Shown here: positions 7,980 through 16,776 of the stretch, piece after piece | Numbering within the stretch: position 1 is the stretch's first letter | How the letters are laid out: the number at the start of each line of letters is the position of its first letter | Assembly (NCBI RefSeq): GCF_003018235.1 | Contig: NZ_CP027437.1 | Reading direction: 5' to 3' (one strand) | From: Escherichia coli | Lineage (GTDB): Bacteria > Pseudomonadota > Gammaproteobacteria > Enterobacterales > Enterobacteriaceae | DNA: 64,000 bases | Program-made: the position numbers and the translations under genes | Notes under the pieces: generated by a model | Databases searched by the model: none | Told to the model about the DNA's origin: nothing | What the model saw: the letters and a program-made list of their open reading frames with translations, nothing else

Positions 7980-8321
7980 GATGTTTGGTTGCGTATTGTA
8001 TAGGCAAGTTGCGGATTCTGTCTGGTCATTGCAGAATTCACCGGGAGGCACCCGGCACCATGCAGATAATTGTTTTGTGGATGATAATACCAGCCCCTCT
8101 CCGGAGGGGCTTTCTTATGGGCGAAAAAAAGCCCGGGGAGCCGGGCAATAGCATGAGATATACGTTTTTATAGACGTACAGATTTTAATCAGAATTTATG
8201 GGGCTGCGCAACTGCGTGGCCTTTTTTGTTTTGTGGGCTAAGGTTTTCCCCTTTGATTCGCCATGTGGCTGAACCTGTAGCCCGCCACTGTTCAGACGCA
8301 ATCCCGGCAAGGGGAGGAATA

Positions 8322-10349
8322 ATGGCATTTAAACACTACGATCTGGTCTCTGCCAGCAGCGGTGATGAACTGCAAAAGAAACTGACAGAAAAAATAAATG
8401 AAGGGTGGCAGCCATACGGTTCGCCGCTTGTTTCGTATGACGATAACGGGATGAAAATTATTCAGGCCATTGCAGCAGAGGGTGATGTCAGGATCCCGGT
8501 TGAAACGCCTGATGATGGTGGTGATTCACCGGTCACAATGACCTCCGGTGCACCTGATTATTATTATGTTGTTGTGCTTGCCGGACAGTCCAACGGCATG
8601 GCCTACGGTGAGGGGCTTCCGTTACCGGACTCTTATGACCGCCCGGACCCGCGCATTAAACAGCTGGCACGCCGCAGTACAGTGACGCCGGGTGGGGACG
8701 CCTGTGCATACAATGATGTGATTCCGGCTGACCATTGTCTGCATGATGTACAGGATATGAGCGGTGTTAATCATCCGAAAGCGGACCTGAATAAGGGGCA
8801 GTATGGCTGTGTCAGTCAGGGGCTGCATATTGCCAAAAAACTGCTGTCGTATATCCCGCAGAATGCAGGGATACTTCTGGTGCCCTGCTGCCGTGGTGGT
8901 TCTGCATTCACCACCGGGGCTGACGGCACATTCAGTGAGGTCACCGGCGCATCCGCTGACGCTGCACGCTGGGGTGCCGGTAAACCCCTGTATCAGGACA
9001 TGGTCAGCCGGACAAAAGCGGCGCTGGCCAAGAACCCGAAAAACAGGCTGCTGGCGGTGGTATGGATGCAGGGCGAGGCAGACCTTGCGTCAGGCAGTCA
9101 GCAGCATAACGGGTTATTCACGGCCATGGTTCAGCAGTTCCGGACTGACCTGTCCTCACTTGCTGCGCAGTGCGTGAGTGGCAATGCTGCCACGGTGCCG
9201 TGGATTTGTGGTGATACCACGTATTACTGGAAGGCCACTTATGGCACACAGTATGAAGCCATTTATGGAGCCTATAAGAATCTGTCCGCACAGAATATTT
9301 TCTTTGTACCGTTCCTGACAGATGAAAACGGCGCAAACACGCCAACGAACCAGCCAGCGGAAGACCCGGATATTGTGGCTGTGGGGTATTACGGTGCGGC
9401 ATCACGAACACAGGCGAACTGGACGACAGCGCAACGTGACAGCCATTTCAGCACCTGGGCGCGTCGCGGCATCATTTCTGACCGCCTTGCGTCAGCTATT
9501 CTGGTGCACGCGGGACGTACGTCAGGTTTCATTACCGGTGAAGTTTCTTCTCCGGACACTGCATCCGGTGACGGTGGTTCGTCCACTGATGCGGGTACGG
9601 ATGCGGGGACCGGCACTTCCGGAACAGGAAGTGATGACGCTACCGGAACGACACCAGCCACCGCTGCCATTATTCTGAGTGCAGACGGAGGGGATGTTTC
9701 GGCACAGGGCTGGACGGTGGAAGGCACCACGGTGACCACCACGGCAAACACGGTGACTTCATCGGGTGAGGCGCTGGCGCAGAATGTGCTGAGTGTTCCG
9801 AAACAGAGCGGGGCAGCATGGAAGCTTGTTCATACCACCACAGATGAGCCAGCGGAACTGCTGAACAATGGCGGTGAGTTCCTGTGTCGTTTCCGTATCA
9901 CGGATACTGCCATTGCTGAGGGGCGTTATGCCTTTGGTCTTTACTGGCTTCCGGACGCACAGAAGATACCAGCCGGTGCGACATTCAATAAAACAGGAAG
10001 CGGGATGTCCCCGTCCATGCTCAACTTCTATGTCCAGACGGATGGCAGCAACATAAACCTGTTATCACACTGCAGTACGAAGAGTGCAGGGAATCTGAAG
10101 ATTGGCTCATTCGGTGCATTTAACAATGAATGGCATACCTTCCGTCTTCGCTACCATGGTGGCAATACGGCAAGAGCAACGGTGACGCTGGACAGTCAGG
10201 TGGTGGGAGATATAACGCTGTTATGTGCGCCGTCAGCGGCCAGTGCCGGTGACACTCTGTCGATGATAAGTATCACATCGGGTGATACATACAGTATTGA
10301 AGTGGAAAGCCTGAGTGTGACGGTGAACGGGGCTGCGGCAGCGGCGTGA
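8322..10349 (+). CDS. prophage sialate O-acetylesterase-like protein (NanS-p-like) with long C-terminal Thr/Gly-rich domain
   Basis: GGGGAGGAATA RBS then ATG; SASA-type catalytic motif VLAGQSNGMAYGEG; N-terminal region resembling DUF1737; position equivalent to the esterase gene downstream of stx in Stx phages. Confidence 0.6.
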   Translation: MAFKHYDLVSASSGDELQKKLTEKINEGWQPYGSPLVSYDDNGMKIIQAIAAEGDVRIPVETPDDGGDSPVTMTSGAPDYYYVVVLAGQSNGMAYGEGLPLPDSYDRPDPRIKQLARRSTVTPGGDACAYNDVIPADHCLHDVQDMSGVNHPKADLNKGQYGCVSQGLHIAKKLLSYIPQNAGILLVPCCRGGSAFTTGADGTFSEVTGASADAARWGAGKPLYQDMVSRTKAALAKNPKNRLLAVVWMQGEADLASGSQQHNGLFTAMVQQFRTDLSSLAAQCVSGNAATVPWICGDTTYYWKATYGTQYEAIYGAYKNLSAQNIFFVPFLTDENGANTPTNQPAEDPDIVAVGYYGAASRTQANWTTAQRDSHFSTWARRGIISDRLASAILVHAGRTSGFITGEVSSPDTASGDGGSSTDAGTDAGTGTSGTGSDDATGTTPATAAIILSADGGDVSAQGWTVEGTTVTTTANTVTSSGEALAQNVLSVPKQSGAAWKLVHTTTDEPAELLNNGGEFLCRFRITDTAIAEGRYAFGLYWLPDAQKIPAGATFNKTGSGMSPSMLNFYVQTDGSNINLLSHCSTKSAGNLKIGSFGAFNNEWHTFRLRYHGGNTARATVTLDSQVVGDITLLCAPSAASAGDTLSMISITSGDTYSIEVESLSVTVNGAAAAA

Positions 10350-10481
10350 GGATAAAAAAAGCTGCCGTGGAAAGTGTCCTGAACCGGCAGCAAGGTCAAA
10401 TGATGGATATACCAATAAGGTTTAATAGGCGCAGATATTTCTAACCGGAAGGCACTTAACGGTCAATAATGGAGGTTGGTA

Positions 10482-10667
10482 ATGACATTTATACAACTGA
10501 TACTGCTATATTTCTGCACGGTGGTCTGTGCGTTATATCTGGTGAGCGGTGGCTATAAAGCCATCAGAAATTATGTCCGCCGAAAAATTGATGATGCAGC
10601 GGCTGAGAAGCTCAGCAGAACAACACAGGCTGCCTCATCCCCGAACGAACCAACCCTTCCACAGTAA
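10482..10667 (+). CDS. small single-pass membrane protein (61 aa)
   Basis: GGAGG RBS 6 nt upstream of ATG; N-terminal hydrophobic helix. Confidence 0.45.
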   Translation: MTFIQLILLYFCTVVCALYLVSGGYKAIRNYVRRKIDDAAAEKLSRTTQAASSPNEPTLPQ

Positions 10668-10689
10668 CGTCTCTCAGCGGGAAAATACC

Positions 10690-11025
10690 ATGACAGAACT
10701 GAACAAACTGGTCACTGCAGATGCAGTGAAGGCCGCACTGCGCTCTGAAGAAGTGCGGGGAAAACTGAAGGAAACCATCCGCAAAACGTTTGAGGCACAG
10801 ATTGATGCGGATGTGGAAGCGGTGCTGGATGAGCTTATCGGGCCTGCGGAAGCTCAGCCGGGAGCACCGGCCGGAGAGGATGCGCAGGCGGATGACACGT
10901 CAGCGGAAAACGGTGCGGCACAACCGGAACCTGAATCAGGAACCGAAGCTCAACCGGACGCTGCTTCCGGAACAGGAACGCAACCGGAGGGTACCCCGGA
11001 GCCGGAACCGGCGACGTTGCTGTAA
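10690..11025 (+). CDS. acidic low-complexity protein (112 aa)
   Basis: ATG in frame of ORF 10549..11025; C-terminal E/P/A/G/T-rich tail. Confidence 0.4.
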   Translation: MTELNKLVTADAVKAALRSEEVRGKLKETIRKTFEAQIDADVEAVLDELIGPAEAQPGAPAGEDAQADDTSAENGAAQPEPESGTEAQPDAASGTGTQPEGTPEPEPATLL

Positions 11026-11102
11026 CACCTCATACTCAGGCCACCAGCATACAGCGGTGGCCTTTTGTTATCGTGCGCTTCCGGAGAACGGGAGACGGGG
11101 AT

Positions 11103-11318
11103 ATGTACCAGATGGAAAAAATCACAACAGGGGTGTCATACACCACGTCAGCGGCGGGAACGGGATACTGGTTACTGCAGCTGCTGGACAGGGTCTCCCC
11201 GTCCCAGTGGGCGGCGATAGGCGTGCTGGGGAGTCTGCTGTTTGGTCTGCTGACGTACCTGACGAACCTGTATTTTAAAATCAGAGAGGACCGTCGTAAG
11301 GCGGCGCGGGGAGAATAA
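11103..11318 (+). CDS. holin, phage-21 S-type (pinholin-like) with dual-start motif MYQM
   Basis: Near-identity to S21 C-terminal region ([14 protein letters not shown]...[22 protein letters not shown], from memory); two TM segments. Confidence 0.8.
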   Translation: MYQMEKITTGVSYTTSAAGTGYWLLQLLDRVSPSQWAAIGVLGSLLFGLLTYLTNLYFKIREDRRKAARGE

Positions 11319-11321
11319 ATA

Positions 11322-11953
11322 ATGAACCATGAAGAAATGAATCAGCGCTTCAGTCGCCTGGAAAATGAAATTGCCGGACTGAATAAAAAACTGTCGGCGC
11401 TGGTGACTTCTGAAGATGAAAAAAAAAACGCCGCGATGAACAGGAGGCGGCGTTTTATGATTATTGCATCAAAGTTGCCCGCAGGACCTTTGCGAATTTT
11501 TTGCAGGAAAAGCTATCACCGACCACATCGTCAGAAAAGTACTCCATTACGGTTGAAAGTGCCGGAGAGGAAGGCAATAAACGTTATTTTATTGCGTCTG
11601 CACCGGATAAAGACGAGGAACCCCGTCGGCCTTTCAGGGTTTCCTATGAAGAGGGGGAGTTCGTCGTTTATGAGAACGGAAAACCTGTCCGGGCATCGCA
11701 TCATCACTGCCTGAAAATTATTGATCTCGCTATTGGATGCCTGAAAGACGAAAACACCAGGGTTATGAAACGCATTGGCCGTTGCATGGGGTATCTGCAG
11801 GTGGCGGCAGAGATTGAAGCACTTGACAGTGGTGCTGACAGGGATACAGCGGTGCGGGAGTTCCTTCTTCGTGATTTCAATACCACGCCCTTTAAAAAAG
11901 TGCCTTATGACTGGATCCAGCCGGGCCTGACTTATCTCAAAGGGCGTATATGA
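11322..11953 (+). CDS. hypothetical gene between holin and endolysin, split into two frames at an A10 tract (11419-11428); fused product about 210 aa if -1 shift
   Basis: Frame 0 ORF 11322.. is protein-like for about 33 codons then junk-like; frame -1 is protein-like from the A-run to 11953 but has no ATG start; A10 tract followed by 7-bp-stem hairpin ACGCCGC...GCGGCGT. Confidence 0.35.
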
Positions 11954-11995
11954 GTTGGCATGTTATCTGTGGCCGATAAATCCTGATAAATATCC

Positions 11996-12529
11996 ATGAA
12001 CGCAAAAATCAGATACGGCCTGTCGGCTGCCGTTCTGGCGCTGATTGCCGCAGGGGCTTCTGCGCCAGAAATCCTTGACCAGTTTCTGAATGAAAAAGAA
12101 GGTAATCACACCACGGCATACCGTGATGGTGCGGGTATCTGGACCATCTGCCGTGGTGCCATTCTGGTGGACGGTAAGCCTGTTGTTCCCGGCATGAAGT
12201 TGTCGAGGGAAAAATGCGACCAGGTTAACGCCATCGAACGTGACAGGGCGCTGGCATGGGTGGAGAAAAACATCAAAGTGCCGCTGACCGAACCGCAGAA
12301 AGCGGGGATTGCGTCATTCTGCCCGTACAACATCGGTCCTTCGAAATGCTTCACCTCAACGTTTTACCGGAGACTGAACGCCGGAGACCGTAAGGGGGCA
12401 TGTGCTGAAATCCGTCGGTGGATATATGACGGTGGCAGGGACTGCCGTATCCGCTCAAACAACTGCTACGGTCAGGTATCCCGGCGTGACCAGGAGAGTG
12501 CGCTGGCGTGCTGGGGTATCGACAGATAA
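11996..12529 (+). CDS. SAR endolysin (lysozyme, phage-21 R-type)
   Basis: N-terminal signal-anchor-release helix LSAAVLALIAAGASA followed by lysozyme catalytic region EGNHTTAYRDGAGIWTICRG. Confidence 0.8.
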   Translation: MNAKIRYGLSAAVLALIAAGASAPEILDQFLNEKEGNHTTAYRDGAGIWTICRGAILVDGKPVVPGMKLSREKCDQVNAIERDRALAWVEKNIKVPLTEPQKAGIASFCPYNIGPSKCFTSTFYRRLNAGDRKGACAEIRRWIYDGGRDCRIRSNNCYGQVSRRDQESALACWGIDR

Positions 12530-12619
12530 GCAGAATATTTTGCTGAAAAATGAGATTTTCCCACGCGTCCGGAAAACACAAAATCCTTCATAAAGGTATT
12601 TCAGTAGTGAATAAAAGTA

Positions 12620-12660
12620 AAAACCCCGATTGCGCTAACAGTCGGGGTTTTGTGTTTCTG
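12620..12660. terminator. bidirectional intrinsic terminator-like hairpin (AAAACCCCGA...TCGGGGTTTT)
   Basis: GC stem flanked by A-run and T-run. Confidence 0.5.
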
Positions 12661-12749
12661 ACCTTGAATAAGGCAAGGGAGAAATTATCAGGTAGGGAGG
12701 TGCTTTCCCTGTGAGGAAGTATAAAAGATTCTTTCTGAGGTTGTCCATT

Positions 12750-12863
12750 ATGAAAGGCATTGAAGTGGAGACGCCAGCCAGTCTGGATTTAACAAGAGCA
12801 GCAGCCTTTGCCATTCGTATTGTGGCAATTGCCATACTGGTCTGGGCAATCCGCTGGTGGTGA
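12750..12863 (+). CDS. small hydrophobic ORF (37 aa) overlapping the Rz start
   Basis: ATG ORF ending TGGTGATATG where Rz starts; one TM-like helix; weak RBS. Confidence 0.2.
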   Translation: MKGIEVETPASLDLTRAAAFAIRIVAIAILVWAIRWW

Positions 12864-12864
12864 T

Positions 12865-13332
12865 ATGAACCGTGTTCTGTATGTGTTGATTATTGTCCTG
12901 CTGGTGGCCTGCGGTGCGCTGTGGCTGGCAACAGACCATTACCGCGATAATGCCATCACTTACAAAGCGCAGCGCGATAAAAAAGTCAGAGAACTGAAGC
13001 TGGCTGACGCCACCATTACTGACATGCAGCAGCGCCAGCGTGATGTTGCTGCACTCGATGCAAAATACACAAAGGAGTTAGCCGATGCGAGAGCTGAAAA
13101 TGAAACTCTGCGCGCTGATGTTGCTGCTGGTCGTAAGCGCCTGCGTGTCAACGCCACCTGTGTGTCCGCCACAGACAAAGCCACCGGCACCGCCCGCGTG
13201 GGTAATGCTGCCCGCCCCAGACTGGCAGACGCCGCTCAACGGTATTATTTCACCCTCAGAGAGCGGCTGATGACGATGCAGAAGCAACTGGAAGGGGCAC
13301 AGGAATATATCAGGACGCAATGCGTGAAATAG
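12865..13332 (+). CDS. i-spanin Rz
   Basis: N-terminal TM helix then coiled-coil periplasmic domain; embedded Rz1 frame. Confidence 0.7.
   Translation: MNRVLYVLIIVLLVACGALWLATDHYRDNAITYKAQRDKKVRELKLADATITDMQQRQRDVAALDAKYTKELADARAENETLRADVAAGRKRLRVNATCVSATDKATGTARVGNAARPRLADAAQRYYFTLRERLMTMQKQLEGAQEYIRTQCVK
13100..13270 (+). CDS. o-spanin Rz1 (lipoprotein embedded in Rz in +1 frame)
   Basis: Lipobox LLVVSAC and Pro-rich mature region, fully inside Rz. Confidence 0.65.
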   Translation: MKLCALMLLLVVSACVSTPPVCPPQTKPPAPPAWVMLPAPDWQTPLNGIISPSESG

Positions 13333-13759
13333 GTTTTCTCAGTGCGTTGTATCGTCGCCGTATTCCCGCATTAACAGAGACCGCAGCCCGACGGGGAGAC
13401 TCCTCTGCGCGAGTGTGCGGGAATAATCAGAAACGATGCACACCGGGTTTTGCCGCGTAAACAGGACGCGGACTGCACCCACATGGTCGCCTGTCCGGTG
13501 CGATGGTGGAAGAAACCGGAACACTCAGTACTCACCTGGAATAAAAAAAGCCGCAGGTGGTATGCGGCATAAAATGGCACGAATTAGTGGATGTTTCTTT
13601 TTTCGTTTGTATTTTTATCTGATTTCCTGAGGTGTAATCAATTCGAAAAATACGTGAGAACAGAGCGTGTATTTTCGACCTTTTTTTGCTGGAAGAAACC
13701 TGATGTAAACACAATTGATAATTATTATCATTTGTGGGGTCCTCCTGGCGGGGTTGGCC

Positions 13760-13795
13760 TGTCCACGGGGCGGGTCGGCGCGGAAAAAGGCGCAT
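13760..13795. other. candidate cos site (cosN-like ACGGGGCGGGTCGGCGCGG)
   Basis: Resembles lambda cosN region ACGGGGCGGCGACCTCGCGG recalled from memory; lies between lysis genes and terminase as in lambda. Confidence 0.4.
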
Positions 13796-13970
13796 TTTTG
13801 TGATTTTATCGTCATCATCATCATGTGTTTAACGTATTGATTTTAAGTGAATTCATCCTGAAAAGATGATGATTGTGGTTAATTTTTGTTCGACATCTTT
13901 GTGTGGCGCTGTTTCTTTACAAAAAAAACAGAGTCACTTCTGTTTTGCGGTATTTGTGGAGGAGGAATAA

Positions 13971-14447
13971 ATGGACGGCGAGCTGAAAAATATGAAGTTC
14001 AATATTAATCAACTGGCATTCCTTTCAGGCCTGCACCGGCAGACTGTTGCCGCCAGAATGGCGGATGTTCCTCTTGCGCCAGGCAGTAATGAAAAGAAAA
14101 AACTTTATCTCCTGACGGATTTGATTAGTTCGTTACTGGAAAAACCACCCTCTTCCGAAGATGAGGAGATGGATCCACACGATCGCAAGGCATGGTATCA
14201 GTCCGAGCGCGAGCGCCTTAAATTTCAGCATGAAACTGTTCAGCTTGTGCCCGTCAGTGATGTCAGGCGGTCGTTTTCCGTCGTGGTGAAAGCCATTGTG
14301 CAGATACTGGAAACCTGGCCTGACAGGCTGGAAAGGGACAGGGGGTGGACTGCATCACAACTGAACGAAGTGCAGATCGTTGTTGATGAGATCCGTGACA
14401 CGCTGGAAAAGGCAGTGATTGCCTGCTGTGATGAGGCCGATATGTGA
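13971..14447 (+). CDS. terminase small subunit (Nu1-like)
   Basis: GGAGGAATAA RBS then ATG; N-terminal HTH like lambda Nu1; overlaps large subunit start. Confidence 0.7.
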   Translation: MDGELKNMKFNINQLAFLSGLHRQTVAARMADVPLAPGSNEKKKLYLLTDLISSLLEKPPSSEDEEMDPHDRKAWYQSERERLKFQHETVQLVPVSDVRRSFSVVVKAIVQILETWPDRLERDRGWTASQLNEVQIVVDEIRDTLEKAVIACCDEADM

Positions 14448-16567
14448 ATCAGGTGAACGAGAGCCACAGCCGCGCATCAGATATCTGGCGCGAAGTGGCC
14501 TCACTGTTTCGCCCACCAGGCCGGTTACCTGTGGCGGAAGCCATCAGGCGTTACATGCGGGTACCACGGGGAGCCAATACTTCCGGTCCGTGGGAGTCAT
14601 CGCTGACGCCCTACATGATTGACCCCATTAATACATTATCAGCCCGTGAATATGACGCGGTGGTGTTTGTGGGACCGGCGCGAACCGGGAAAACCGAAGG
14701 GCTGATTGATGGCTGGATTGTGTATGGCATTATCTGCGATCCGGCGGATATGCTGGTGGTGCAGATGACCGAAACAAAGGCGCGGGAGCATTCCAGAACG
14801 CGTCTTTCCAGGACATTTCGTCACAGTCCGGAGGTCAGTAAACGCCTCAGCCCTTCCCGTAATGACAACAACGTCCACGATAAAATGTTTCTTGACGGCT
14901 CCTTTCTGAAAATTGGCTGGCCGTCGATCACCGTATTTTCCTCCTCAGATTACCGCCGGGTGGCGCTGACGGACTATGACCGTTTTCCTGAGAACGTCGA
15001 CGGTGAAGGGGATGCCTTCACGCTGGCATCAAAGCGTACCACCACCTTTATGTCCTCAGGGATGACCCTGGTCGAAAGTTCACCCGGGCGGGATATCACC
15101 GACACCAAATGGCGATGTGGTGGTGCACATGAGGCTCCGCCAACAACGGGGATCCTGTCGCTGTATAACCGGGGAGACCGCCGCCGGTGGTACTGGCCGT
15201 GTCCGCACTGCGGGGAATATTTTCAGCCGGTGATGGATAACATGACCGGTTACCGTAATAACCCAGATTTTGTGGCTGCGGGTCAGGCTGCCCGTCTGAT
15301 GTGTCCGCACTGTCGCGGGCTGATTGCTCCGGAACAGAAACGCGAACTGAATAACAGGGGGATCTGGCTGCGGGAAGGTGAACGGGCGGCGGCGGACGGC
15401 AGCATCACCGGAACGCCACGAAATTCCAGGATTGCGTCATTCTGGATGGAGGGTCCGGCTGCGGCGTTTCAGACCTGGGAACAACTGATTTTTAAGCTGC
15501 TGGCGGCAGAAGAAGAGTATGAGCGAACCGGCAGTGAAGAGACCCTGAAAGCGGTGGTGAATACCGATATCGGACGGCCTTATCTGCCCCGTTCAGCCAC
15601 GGAACAGCGTAAAAGTGAACTGCTTGAACAGCGTGCTGAGCCGGTTCCCCGGCGGTGTGTGCCGGATGGGGTGCGCTTCATTGAGGCAACGGTTGACGTA
15701 CAGGGCGGTAAAAACCGCCGGTTTGTGGTGCAGATCACCGGATATGGAGAGCAGGGGGAACGCTGGATTGTTGATCGCTACAACATCCGGCAATCACTGC
15801 GATGCAGTCCCGGTGGTGAGAGCCTGCCGGTTGATCCGGCGGCCTATCCGGAAGACTGGGAACTGTTGCTGACAGATGTGTTTCACAAAACCTGGCCGCT
15901 GGCGTCTGATCCGGATGTGCATATGCGGCTCATGGCGATGGCCGTGGATACGGGCGGTGAAGCCGGGGTGACGGATAACGCCTATCGTTTCTGGCGGCAG
16001 TGCCGCCGGGAAGGGCTGGGTAACCGGGTGTTTCTGTTCAAGGGGGATGGTCTTCGTCGCGACAGACTGATTAACCGGACATTCCCGGATAACACCGGCA
16101 GAAGCGCCCGCCGGGCCAGGGCGAGCGGTGACGTTGCCCTGTGGCTGGTACAGACCGATGCGTTTAAGGACCGGGTGAATAATGCGCTGTGGCGTGACAC
16201 ACCGGGGCCGAACTATATCCACTTTCCTGACTGGCTGGGACGGTGGTTTTTCGATGAGCTGACCTATGAGGAGCGCGGCAGTGACGGAAAATGGCGAAAA
16301 CCGGGCAGAGGCGCTAACGAAGCGTTTGACCTGCTGGTCTATGCGGATGCGCTTGCCGTTCTGCATGGCTACGAGAAGATACGCTGGCCGTCTGCACCGG
16401 ACTGGGCGCAGCGGGAAACATGGCTTGTCGGTCCGGAGGAGCGTTCAGGGCTGACAACATCACGGGCGCTGCCGGAAAGGAAAGAAAAACGCCGTCGCAG
16501 GCAGGAAAAACTGCGCGCAGAGCGGGCAGAGGATAATCCGTGGATAACATCAGGAGGCTGGTTGTGA
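14444..16567 (+). CDS. terminase large subunit (lambda gpA-like)
   Basis: Walker A VVFVGPARTGKTEG; zinc-binding CPHCGE...CPHCRG as in lambda A; 707 aa; GTG start overlapping upstream stop. Confidence 0.9.
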   Translation: MNQVNESHSRASDIWREVASLFRPPGRLPVAEAIRRYMRVPRGANTSGPWESSLTPYMIDPINTLSAREYDAVVFVGPARTGKTEGLIDGWIVYGIICDPADMLVVQMTETKAREHSRTRLSRTFRHSPEVSKRLSPSRNDNNVHDKMFLDGSFLKIGWPSITVFSSSDYRRVALTDYDRFPENVDGEGDAFTLASKRTTTFMSSGMTLVESSPGRDITDTKWRCGGAHEAPPTTGILSLYNRGDRRRWYWPCPHCGEYFQPVMDNMTGYRNNPDFVAAGQAARLMCPHCRGLIAPEQKRELNNRGIWLREGERAAADGSITGTPRNSRIASFWMEGPAAAFQTWEQLIFKLLAAEEEYERTGSEETLKAVVNTDIGRPYLPRSATEQRKSELLEQRAEPVPRRCVPDGVRFIEATVDVQGGKNRRFVVQITGYGEQGERWIVDRYNIRQSLRCSPGGESLPVDPAAYPEDWELLLTDVFHKTWPLASDPDVHMRLMAMAVDTGGEAGVTDNAYRFWRQCRREGLGNRVFLFKGDGLRRDRLINRTFPDNTGRSARRARASGDVALWLVQTDAFKDRVNNALWRDTPGPNYIHFPDWLGRWFFDELTYEERGSDGKWRKPGRGANEAFDLLVYADALAVLHGYEKIRWPSAPDWAQRETWLVGPEERSGLTTSRALPERKEKRRRRQEKLRAERAEDNPWITSGGWL

Positions 16568-16587
16568 GTATTGATGATGTCAGGAAC

Positions 16588-16776
16588 ATGATACAGCGGT
16601 ACCGCGATGCGGAAATGGCGGTACTGGAAGGAAAATCCGTCACATTTAACGGGCAGCAACTGACGCTGGAAAGTCTGTCCCAGATCCGCGCCGGTCGGCA
16701 GGAGTGGGAGCGAAGACTTACGGCGATGGAGAACCGCAGACGGGGGAGTCCGGGGTTTAAACTGGTGAGGTTCTGA
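16588..16776 (+). CDS. head-tail joining protein (gpW-like)
   Basis: C-terminal RRRGSPGF resembles lambda W end; start uncertain (GTG 16564 or ATG 16588). Confidence 0.55.
   Translation: MIQRYRDAEMAVLEGKSVTFNGQQLTLESLSQIRAGRQEWERRLTAMENRRRGSPGFKLVRF

Noticed and set aside
7611-8321. Looked for Shiga toxin A and B subunit genes between the tRNA cluster and the esterase gene
   Set aside because: No ORF of suitable size or composition; only short ORFs of 45-82 aa and hairpins are present.
11428-11460. Hairpin after the A10 tract read as a simple intrinsic terminator
   Set aside because: It lies inside open reading frames that stay protein-like across it and sits directly after a slippery homopolymer, so a recoding or structural role is more consistent. 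A terminator function is not fully excluded.
12635-12835. 66-aa minus-strand ORF between endolysin and Rz
   Set aside because: No Shine-Dalgarno sequence, random-looking composition, antisense to the lysis operon.
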